Part shown: positions 29,139 to 36,179 of the stretch, in pieces
How the letters are laid out: every line of letters begins with the position of its first letter
Numbering within the stretch: the stretch's first letter is position 1
From: an uncultured Saprospiraceae bacterium
GTDB taxonomy: Bacteria; Bacteroidota; Bacteroidia; Chitinophagales; Saprospiraceae
Length of the DNA: 64,000 bases
Assembly (NCBI GenBank): GCA_938002665.1
Contig: CALLAE010000012.1
Coordinates: 28,616 to 92,615, forward strand
Direction of reading: 5' to 3'
Program-made: the position numbers and the translations under genes
Notes under the pieces: model-generated
The model's database searches: none
What the model saw: only the letters and a program-made list of their open reading frames with translations
What the model was told of the DNA's origin: nothing

Positions 29139-29280
29139 GTCTAAGTGAGCCGTTTTTTCTTTTTGATCAATCAAAAGAAGGATTTTTATTCCTGTTTGTG
29201 ATTCCATATCATGTGGGTTCTGTTTAGCAAATGAAGTGCTAGTCTAGAATTTATCTTAGCAAACTAATCAAGATAATCGT

Positions 29281-29802
29281 ATGAGTAGATCTGCATTTAT
29301 AAAATTCACTAATTCTCTCAATGAAGAGGAGCTAAGAACTGAGATGAAGAATCTATACACCGAGTTAGATGCTGTAAAGAAGCACTACGCGATGGAACTA
29401 GGTCAAGATAAGGATAGAAAGAAGATCTTTGATAAAGCGAAGAAGGAAATCTACAATCTTATCTATATCAGGAATAAACCTCGAAAGCGACCACGCATAG
29501 CCAAGATCAAAGCAATCACTAAGGAACTCGCTAAGCTCTCAGTCTTCCAGCACGAAACAGCCGATCTCTATTTATATGCAGCAGAACTAGAGGCTGCTTA
29601 TTTATTGCGAAGGCCTAGCACCACCCAGGCTACGTTTAATAACTGCAAAGAAAACTTTGAGAAGGCCTGTGATATTATAAATCAACTAGCCTTGCATGAA
29701 GATTTCAAAGATAGATGTCGACTCTTGGTACAAGATGCCAATGCCATTTATATGTTGGATGAACAAATTAAGGATATATACAACAAGAATTTCAAAAACT
29801 AA
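29281..29802 (+). CDS. hypothetical helical protein
   Basis: 173 aa with a Lys/Arg-rich central patch (IRNKPRKRPRIAKIK) and no signal peptide. I recognise no catalytic motif. Confidence 0.5.
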   Translation: MSRSAFIKFTNSLNEEELRTEMKNLYTELDAVKKHYAMELGQDKDRKKIFDKAKKEIYNLIYIRNKPRKRPRIAKIKAITKELAKLSVFQHETADLYLYAAELEAAYLLRRPSTTQATFNNCKENFEKACDIINQLALHEDFKDRCRLLVQDANAIYMLDEQIKDIYNKNFKN

Positions 29803-29811
29803 GACCACATA

Positions 29812-30252
29812 TCAGACTTGCACATAGTATACATCTGAGCTATTCCTAGGGATACTACCTACCTTAAAGGCACCCGCCTGATTATCACAATGTTCTAATA
29901 AGCTGAATACTATACAAGACTTAGGAAGGCCAGAAAAGATCAATGTAAAATGGTTCTCGCCCACATCCACAGCTTTCCAGGTAGGGAAGTAAGTGATGTT
30001 TTCTGCATGTACCAGTTCTGATCTATGCTCGGAATGTGAATCATATAGATAAGTCGTCGGCCAGATTCTAATATATGATGGATAAGGAGTGGACTGGATA
30101 CAGTGCACAACCACTTGCCCTTGCTCATGTATTTGCTCTTTCAGCTCATCTAATATAGATGGACTTATGTCTACTTTGGGATTAGCTATAATAGTCGGAG
30201 AGCTCAACTCTATTTCTTTTTTAGCGATTATTACCGTGCACATCTTTTGCAC
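29812..30252 (-). CDS. hypothetical protein
   Basis: 146 aa with no recognisable motif. It is convergent with the preceding ORF and divergent from the frameshifted ORF. Confidence 0.45.
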   Translation of the reverse strand: MQKMCTVIIAKKEIELSSPTIIANPKVDISPSILDELKEQIHEQGQVVVHCIQSTPYPSYIRIWPTTYLYDSHSEHRSELVHAENITYFPTWKAVDVGENHFTLIFSGLPKSCIVFSLLEHCDNQAGAFKVGSIPRNSSDVYYVQV

Positions 30253-30335
30253 GATGGATTCCTTATTTGTATTTCAATCTTGAAAGTAAAGGCTTGAAAG
30301 TAAAAAGGATTAATAAATTTTCAAAAAATCTGAAT

Positions 30336-30829
30336 ATGGACCGCGCTACAATAATGTTATCTATCCACGAAATTAAAAAGGGAAAGACATTTTATAGAAG
30401 TAAGCTAGCTAAAACAATTAGAAACAAAAAAGTATGGGACGAACTGCGATCAGAAATAACACAGGGTTACTCTTTAGATCTTCCACGAGAACGAAAAATG
30501 ATATCTCCATCAAGAGCCTAAGGATAAATGCATACAAACTAAAGAGTTCGCTGAGTGGTGTGACCATCATATATAATCAGTCAGATCCTGAATTGCAGGC
30601 GGTGTATGGGCAGAATGACCTTTATATCCAGCTCTATCTCTCCTGGCATTCTTTGCGGGCAGTGAGGAAGCATCTTACCAAAGGCGAGGAGATAGAAACT
30701 TACAATAAGGCCGCTTGCATAGCCTGGCTGCAAACTTATCTAAGATCAGCGTCTAACCTGGACCTGATATTAGCTGAAATAAGAAAGCACAAATATCCTT
30801 ATGTGCTTTCGGGGACTACGCTTTTTTAA
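30336..30829 (+). pseudogene. frameshifted hypothetical gene (two overlapping frames joined by a 1-nt change in an A5 run)
   Basis: The ATG 30336 frame reads MDRATIML...DLPRERKMISPSRA* (stop 30519-30521). The other frame reads ...TKNDISIKSLRINAYKL... to 30829. Making the A5 run at 30494-30498 an A6 gives one continuous ~164-aa ORF. Confidence 0.55.
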
Positions 30830-30882
30830 TTAGGTGTCACTGCTGGAGGAGAGGCAGTGAATGATTGTAGTTTTCGTTATAG

Positions 30883-30911
30883 AGCAGGGCAGAGGTGCCC
30901 TGCTTTTTTTA
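30883..30911 (+). terminator. rho-independent terminator after the frameshifted gene
   Basis: AGCAGGGC-AGAGGT-GCCCTGCT followed by TTTTTTT. Confidence 0.8.
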
Positions 30912-30951
30912 TGCTTTTAGACTTGATTTAAATAATAAATCGAAGAAGAAG

Positions 30952-31025
30952 TGACCACGGGAGGAGTCGAACCCCCAACCTCCTGAGCCGTAATCAGGTA
31001 CTCTATCCAATTGAGCTACGTGGCC
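30952..31025 (-). tRNA. tRNA-Arg (anticodon ACG)
   Basis: I hand-folded GGCCACGTAGCTCAATTGGATAGAGTACCTGATTACGGCTCAGGAGGTTGGGGGTTCGACTCCTCCCGTGGTCA. It has a 7-bp acceptor stem, D arm, anticodon stem CCTGA/TCAGG with loop TTACGGC, a 5-nt variable loop and a T arm with TTCGACT. No CCA is encoded. Confidence 0.9.
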
Positions 31026-31035
31026 ATTCTGATGG

Positions 31036-31043
31036 CAAATATA
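31036..31043 (-). promoter_or_regulatory. -7 promoter box TATATTTG
   Basis: It is 11 nt upstream of the tRNA-Arg 5' end (31025). Confidence 0.5.
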
Positions 31044-31229
31044 GTTAATCTAAGCACCTGCATACAAAACACTTGCCTTTAAAACGATCTGTTCTTGTTA
31101 GATGAAGTTTACAATACGTAAACAAATTATTTTCTATTTCATAAATAGTATACAATTCTGACTCTGTGTCAGCCCACCTTTGTATTGTTATTAAAAAACA
31201 TTTTGATCATTTATTAAACAATTACGATT

Positions 31230-31718
31230 ATGATTTACACTTTGAAAAACACTTTATTTATTCTAGGCCTACTCAGTACTCTTGTTGTGCTTCAATCTTG
31301 CGAATCTGAAGGCTGCACTGACCCTAATGGTGAAAACTATGACCCTGAAGCGGATGTAGATGATGGTAATTGTACGTATGCTAGGACAAAATTCATAGGA
31401 AGCTACGGCGTAGGAGAATCTTGTGGCGGAGGTCCAGTAAATTCATACTTAGTAACTATAGAAGAATCTGCTACTGCTACTAATGCTTTGAGAATCACTA
31501 ATGAGGAAAAAGGTGTTACTGTCACGGGAATCGTGTCAGGTAATACGGTTTCCATTGATGATACCTTTACAGATAATGGGCAGACTGTAAGTATGGAAGG
31601 AGATGGCACTTATTCTAATAATGGGAAAGAAAAAATAGATGTGGAGTATACCCTTAGAGTAATGGTAAATGGACAAGAGGTTAGTCAATCATGTACAGCT
31701 GTATGGAGTAAGTCATAA
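31230..31718 (+). CDS. hypothetical lipoprotein
   Basis: 162 aa with a signal peptide and lipobox VLQSC. A terminator follows it. Confidence 0.6.
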   Translation: MIYTLKNTLFILGLLSTLVVLQSCESEGCTDPNGENYDPEADVDDGNCTYARTKFIGSYGVGESCGGGPVNSYLVTIEESATATNALRITNEEKGVTVTGIVSGNTVSIDDTFTDNGQTVSMEGDGTYSNNGKEKIDVEYTLRVMVNGQEVSQSCTAVWSKS

Positions 31719-31755
31719 AAGAGACCCTCTCTGAGAAACAACTTCAATATTGTAA

Positions 31756-31786
31756 ACCAAGGTCAGCTTCTGATCTTGGTTTTTTT
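31756..31786 (+). terminator. rho-independent terminator after the 162-aa lipoprotein gene
   Basis: ACCAAGGTCA-GCTTC-TGATCTTGGT (one G.U) followed by TTTTTT. Confidence 0.75.
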
Positions 31787-31812
31787 AGTATTAGATTTTT
31801 CTAAGATAGACT

Positions 31813-33213
31813 TCAGGCCTCCCATGAAGGCAATATCCGAGACCGATACAGCACTATCTGAAACAAAGAGCGCCCTGCCATAAAACCCACCATGGCAATC
31901 CATATCGCCTGTTCAGGAAAACTAGCTTTACTAGCATAGAAAAAAACAAAGAAAATTCCTGTAGCGATTATCATAGAATCTCTTAACTCCTTCGCTGCTG
32001 TGGCACCACTATAGACTCCATCCCATATAAAAGCCAGCGCGCCAGCCACAGAAACTAAGGCCAACCATACCATCAAGGAGCCAGACTTTTGCACGAGTTC
32101 AGTATTTGTGGTCATGAGTCTGATAAGATGCGTCCCAAAAAAGATAAAGCATATTGCAAACAACATCCCAAAACCCAACCCATAGATCAGACATTTCTTA
32201 ATAACTCTCTTAACTGTAGAAATAGACTTAGCCCCGATATATTTTCCGACTAGACTCTCTGACGCATAGGCAAAGCCATCCACAGCATAGGACATGAAAT
32301 AAAAGAGTTGTAGCATCATTTGATTTACGGCAAGGTAGCTATCACTAACTCGTGAAGAGTAATCAGTAAAGAAAGTGAAGACAAGTATCATCCCCATATT
32401 TCTGATAAACATATCTCGGTTTACACTAAGAAATCGTCCAAGTTCTTTCGCCTTGAAAATGGCCTTGTCGAAATAGTGCATAACCTTGCTTCTATGCCTA
32501 ATAGCAATGATACCCAACGCTACTAAGAAAGTAATCCATTGGGCAGCAAAGGTCCCATAGGCCACTCCTGCCACTCCCAGACCTTTTATGATAACTAAGT
32601 ACCAGCTGATAATAACATTCAGCATATTAGATATGATGGTAAGTAGCATGGGGGAGATAGCATCTTGCATCCCAAAGAACCACCCACGTAAAGCAAATAC
32701 ACATATGACTGCCGGGGCTGCCAATACTCTAATAGAAAAATACTCTGCGGCTAGGCTCTCCACTTGAGCTGAGCCATTGAGAATCCCGAAGCATAGCTGA
32801 CCTAAGGGTCTATGGAGAATGAGAATAAGCAAGCCCAACCCAAAGCCTATACTTGTAGATCTGAAAAGTAATCTAAAACATTCAGCTTCATTTCCACTGC
32901 CATAAGCTTGAGCGGTCAGACCAGTCGTACCAGGCCTCAAAAAGCCTAGCCCCCAGTATAACAAATTGAATATGATACCACCAACAGCAATAGCTCCTAT
33001 GTAAGCAGGGTCATTCATTCTACCCATTAGGGCCGTGTCTACTATGCCTAATAAGGGAATGGATATATTAGCAATGATATTAGGCAGAGCAATGGAGAAA
33101 ATCTCCTTATTGATAGATGGACTGTGGGAAGAGGGGAGGCTCAGAAATTGTAGTTTAGGAATTGAATGTATCTCGGGCTTAAACCTAAGGCTATCTTGCG
33201 ATAAGTTCCGCAT
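31813..33213 (-). CDS. MATE family efflux transporter
   Basis: 466 aa, 12-TM pattern, N-terminal ALPNIIANISIPLLGIVDTALMG typical of MATE/DinF-like transporters. Confidence 0.85.
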   Translation of the reverse strand: MRNLSQDSLRFKPEIHSIPKLQFLSLPSSHSPSINKEIFSIALPNIIANISIPLLGIVDTALMGRMNDPAYIGAIAVGGIIFNLLYWGLGFLRPGTTGLTAQAYGSGNEAECFRLLFRSTSIGFGLGLLILILHRPLGQLCFGILNGSAQVESLAAEYFSIRVLAAPAVICVFALRGWFFGMQDAISPMLLTIISNMLNVIISWYLVIIKGLGVAGVAYGTFAAQWITFLVALGIIAIRHRSKVMHYFDKAIFKAKELGRFLSVNRDMFIRNMGMILVFTFFTDYSSRVSDSYLAVNQMMLQLFYFMSYAVDGFAYASESLVGKYIGAKSISTVKRVIKKCLIYGLGFGMLFAICFIFFGTHLIRLMTTNTELVQKSGSLMVWLALVSVAGALAFIWDGVYSGATAAKELRDSMIIATGIFFVFFYASKASFPEQAIWIAMVGFMAGRSLFQIVLYRSRILPSWEA

Positions 33214-33646
33214 CTTCCAGTATAAAACTGACTAGATTCCAATCCTCCGTGTTGATAAGTAATCGACCAGTGAAGGTTAGCACCTCATCCATCTCAAAGC
33301 GCTTTTTGGGTGGCTGATTAAGACGGACTTCAAGAATGGTTTCCAGCCCTGCACCCCCACAAAAGAAGCAATTAGCGTTGGGGAATTTAGATAGGACGAT
33401 CATGTCTTCTTCCATAACTGGAATATGATAGCCTTTAATGGTGATGACTCTATTGTTCAGAGCTACAATTTCTGGATCATCTTCTAGGAGGCTGGCGTAG
33501 GCTCCGTATTCTTCGAGATAGACATCTTTGAAATTGGCATCCTTAAAAAGATTCCAGCTCTGTTCTGCTTGTGCCAACAAAGAAGAGTCTGTAACTATGC
33601 ATAATAATGCTAAGGTGAAAAGTGTTAAACACAAGTTACGCATCAT
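33191..33646 (-). CDS. hypothetical secreted protein
   Basis: 151 aa with a signal peptide and the motif ITIKGYHIPV...NCFFCGGAG, loosely reminiscent of DUF3299-type proteins. It overlaps both neighbours, suggesting operon coupling. Confidence 0.5.
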   Translation of the reverse strand: MMRNLCLTLFTLALLCIVTDSSLLAQAEQSWNLFKDANFKDVYLEEYGAYASLLEDDPEIVALNNRVITIKGYHIPVMEEDMIVLSKFPNANCFFCGGAGLETILEVRLNQPPKKRFEMDEVLTFTGRLLINTEDWNLVSFILEDAELIAR

Positions 33647-34247
33647 TCAGTTTGGTTCCTGAAGTGAATAGTTTAGCTAAAAACAGTGCTACTTCATTGT
33701 TGTCAAATTGTGAATTGACTGACATGTTATTGAGGAAGAGCTCAGCCGGCGTACCTACGAGCACATAGCTGAGAAGTTGCCGATCTCTTTCGTTTTTGAA
33801 GTTGATCCTATCATCTAATTTTGATATGTCTACTTGTAAGTCTTTTATGATTCGTCTTATCGAGTCACTCTTGTATGAAGCACTTCTAATGTATGCTTGG
33901 TTTTTTTTGTGAAAGGAAAGCATTTCGTTACTTGAGGCAAAATCGAAGTAAGCTTTTATCGAGGCATGAAATAAGTCAAAAACATTGTCTTGTTTATTCC
34001 TAGCTTTTTTGGTAATCATTCTGATCTCTTCATTGACTTCTTCTACGACAGTATTGAAGATATCTCGGACATCTGAAAAGTAATTATAGAAAGTTCCTCT
34101 ACCTATATTACAGGCCTTAACAAGATCTGCAACAGTTGTTTTTTCAAAACCATGCTCAGCAAAAAGTTTACGTGCTTCCAACAAGAGCTGGCTTCTAATA
34201 GCCTCCTTGTTACGTTCTCTTTTTCCTATGTCTAGGTTGCTCTCCAT
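33636..34247 (-). CDS. TetR/AcrR family transcriptional regulator
   Basis: 203 aa with N-terminal HTH FAEHGFEKTTVADLVKACNIGRGTFYNYF. It is the last regulatory gene of the minus-strand fad cluster. Confidence 0.9.
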   Translation of the reverse strand: MESNLDIGKRERNKEAIRSQLLLEARKLFAEHGFEKTTVADLVKACNIGRGTFYNYFSDVRDIFNTVVEEVNEEIRMITKKARNKQDNVFDLFHASIKAYFDFASSNEMLSFHKKNQAYIRSASYKSDSIRRIIKDLQVDISKLDDRINFKNERDRQLLSYVLVGTPAELFLNNMSVNSQFDNNEVALFLAKLFTSGTKLNDA

Positions 34248-34278
34248 AATGATTTGGGTAAGGGAGTTGTAGCTATTA

Positions 34279-35451
34279 TTAATTCAATCTCTCAAAAATT
34301 CCTGCAATACCTTGTCCACCTCCTACACAGGCTGTTACCATTCCATAGCGCTGATCACGTCTTCTCATTTCATTGAGTAATTGTACAGTGAGCTTAGCTC
34401 CTGTACAACCAAGTGGGTGGCCTAGGGCAATAGCGCCACCGTTTACATTTACAGTTGCAGGGTCTAGTCCTACTGTTTTTATGACGGCAAGAGCTTGAGT
34501 AGCAAAGGCCTCATTCAATTCTGTCTGTTGTATATCTTCTAACTTAAGTCCAGCCATTTTTAGTGCTTTAGGAATAGCAACGCAAGGACCTATACCCATG
34601 TATAAAGGATCTACACCTCCTACAACGCAAGTGACGAGCCTTGCTATGGGCTCTAGCTTAAGTTTTTTTACCATTTCCTCACTCATAACCAAGGTAAAGG
34701 CAGCACCATCTGAAGTCTGGGAAGAGTTTCCTGCAGTGACGACTCCACCGTTTTTGAAGACAGCTCTTAATCGGCCTAGCCCTTCCATGCTTGTTCCTCT
34801 TCGAAGTCCTTCATCGACTTCTACGATATGAGAACTTTCGACTCTTTTACCATCTTTTACAAACACCTCTTCTACTGTCACAGGAACGATTTCATCTTTA
34901 AATAAGCCTGTATCTATAGCGTTAGCAGCTCTTTTGTGAGACTCTACAGAAAAGGCATCTGCTTGCTCCCTGTTTACCTCGTACTTTACAGCTACGGCCT
35001 CGGCAGTATTGCCCATTCCGACGTGGTAGTTGATATTCTCTAAGTTGGCTTTGTAGCTAGGTGCTAACTTGTATCCAGTCATAGGTACAGAGCTCATACT
35101 TTCTGCTCCTCCTGCGATGTACATGTGCCCATAGCCCGCTTTAATTTTTCCTACAGCCATTGCTATTGCCTCTAATCCTGATGCACAAAATCTATTGACA
35201 GTAACGCCTGGAACTTCCACTCCTAAAGCCCTAGCAGAAATCATTCTGCCCACTTGCATGCCTTGTTCACCTTCAGGTATCGCACAGCCTACAATGACAT
35301 CATCTATGAGGGTAGGGTCTACTTCAGGGACAGTTTTCATCATATGCTTGATAACATCTACTGCTAGGTCATCAGAACGATAATTTTTGAATCCTCCCTT
35401 ATGTGCTTTCCCTACTGCTGATCTAAATCCTTTTACTAAGTATGCTTCCAT
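34279..35451 (-). CDS. fadA: acetyl-CoA C-acyltransferase (3-ketoacyl-CoA thiolase)
   Basis: 390 aa with active-site region [12 protein letters not shown] and C-terminal [17 protein letters not shown]...CVGGGQG. Confidence 0.95.
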   Translation of the reverse strand: MEAYLVKGFRSAVGKAHKGGFKNYRSDDLAVDVIKHMMKTVPEVDPTLIDDVIVGCAIPEGEQGMQVGRMISARALGVEVPGVTVNRFCASGLEAIAMAVGKIKAGYGHMYIAGGAESMSSVPMTGYKLAPSYKANLENINYHVGMGNTAEAVAVKYEVNREQADAFSVESHKRAANAIDTGLFKDEIVPVTVEEVFVKDGKRVESSHIVEVDEGLRRGTSMEGLGRLRAVFKNGGVVTAGNSSQTSDGAAFTLVMSEEMVKKLKLEPIARLVTCVVGGVDPLYMGIGPCVAIPKALKMAGLKLEDIQQTELNEAFATQALAVIKTVGLDPATVNVNGGAIALGHPLGCTGAKLTVQLLNEMRRRDQRYGMVTACVGGGQGIAGIFERLN

Positions 35452-35494
35452 GTAGTTTGTTGTTTCTTTTTATTAATTAATTAGATCGCTTTGC

Positions 35495-35510
35495 TTTTTA
35501 GATTTTTAGA
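35495..35510. repeat. inverted 16-nt copy (TTTTTAGATTTTTAGA) of the TCTAAAAA repeat
   Basis: It is the exact reverse complement of TCTAAAAATCTAAAAA at about 35556-35571 in array A. The two can pair as a long-range hairpin in the fadA-proximal spacer. Confidence 0.7.
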
Positions 35511-35541
35511 ACGCTACGCTTTCAGATTACAAGAATTCTTC

Positions 35542-35694
35542 TCTAAAATCTAAAATCTAAAAATCTAAAAATCTAAAAATCTAAAAGTCTAAAAGTCTAA
35601 AAGTCTAAAGTCTAAAAGTCTAAAAGTCTCAAGTCTAAAAAATCTCAAGTCTAAAAAATCTAAAAGTCTAAAAGTCTAAAGTCTAAAATCTAAC
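35542..35694. repeat. microsatellite array A: about 20 tandem 7-9-nt units (TCTAAAA / TCTAAAAG / TCTAAAAA, two TCTCAAG)
   Basis: I read it directly from the sequence. Its last unit overlaps the stop codon (35690-35692) of the four-helix-bundle gene. Confidence 0.95.
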
Positions 35695-36049
35695 CCTTCT
35701 TAATCTTGATCCGAAATACATTTATCATTTTTTGTAACTCAATTATCTCTGATAAAATTTCATCTGCAGTCCACTGCTTAATATATCCAAGCTCCTTGCA
35801 AATTATTACTTGGGTATCCAGTTCAGTAAGTGATCCCATTGCAATATTTAAAAAATGTACAAGTTGCTTAGGAGTATTACGTCCACAACCTTCAGCTATG
35901 TTTGAAGGCACAGAAACCGAACACCTTCTAATTTGACTAGTCAGTCCAAAAACTTCTTCTTTAGGAAATGAGCCAGACACTTTATAAATAAGTAAACTGA
36001 GTTGAATTGCCCTTTGCCAAATCTTCAGTTCCTTAAAATTGTGATTCAT
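35690..36049 (-). CDS. four-helix-bundle protein (23S rRNA intervening-sequence protein / Avd-like family)
   Basis: 119 aa with FKELKIWQRAIQL...SQIRRCSVSVPSNIAEGCGR...FLNIAMGSLTELDTQ, the characteristic pattern of this family. Confidence 0.85.
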   Translation of the reverse strand: MNHNFKELKIWQRAIQLSLLIYKVSGSFPKEEVFGLTSQIRRCSVSVPSNIAEGCGRNTPKQLVHFLNIAMGSLTELDTQVIICKELGYIKQWTADEILSEIIELQKMINVFRIKIKKG

Positions 36050-36050
36050 T

Positions 36051-36177
36051 TCTACAAGTCTAAAGTCAAAGTCAAAGTCTAAAAATGTAAAATCTAAAAG
36101 TCTAAGGTCTAAAAGTCTAAAGTCTAAAGTCTAAAAAGTCTAAAAGTCTAAAAATCTAAAGTCTAAAAAGTCTAAAA
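36051..36177. repeat. microsatellite array B: about 17 tandem units of the same TCTAAA(A)G family, same orientation as array A
   Basis: It fills the whole gap between the fadB-like stop (36180) and the four-helix-bundle ATG (36049). Confidence 0.95.
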
Positions 36178-36179
36178 CC

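Noticed and set aside
29142-29151. The 10-mer TAAGTGAGCC shared with window positions 1-10
   Set aside because: It is a single short match found post hoc, and the flanks do not extend the similarity.
29159-29177. Small palindrome CTTTTTGAT-CA-ATCAAAAG upstream of ORF 29281 as an operator
   Set aside because: The perfect arms are only 7-8 bp in AT-rich DNA, so it is likely to occur by chance. No regulator gene is adjacent.
30434-30521. Programmed -1 ribosomal frameshift joining the two overlapping ORFs
   Set aside because: The overlap has no X XXY YYZ slippery heptamer in the zero frame and no obvious downstream stimulatory structure. A simple A5/A6 indel explains it.
35542-36177. The TCTAAAAG arrays as CRISPR or as coding low-complexity sequence
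   Set aside because: The units are 7-9 nt with no spacers. Every frame contains TAA/TAG on the plus strand and TAG on the minus strand.
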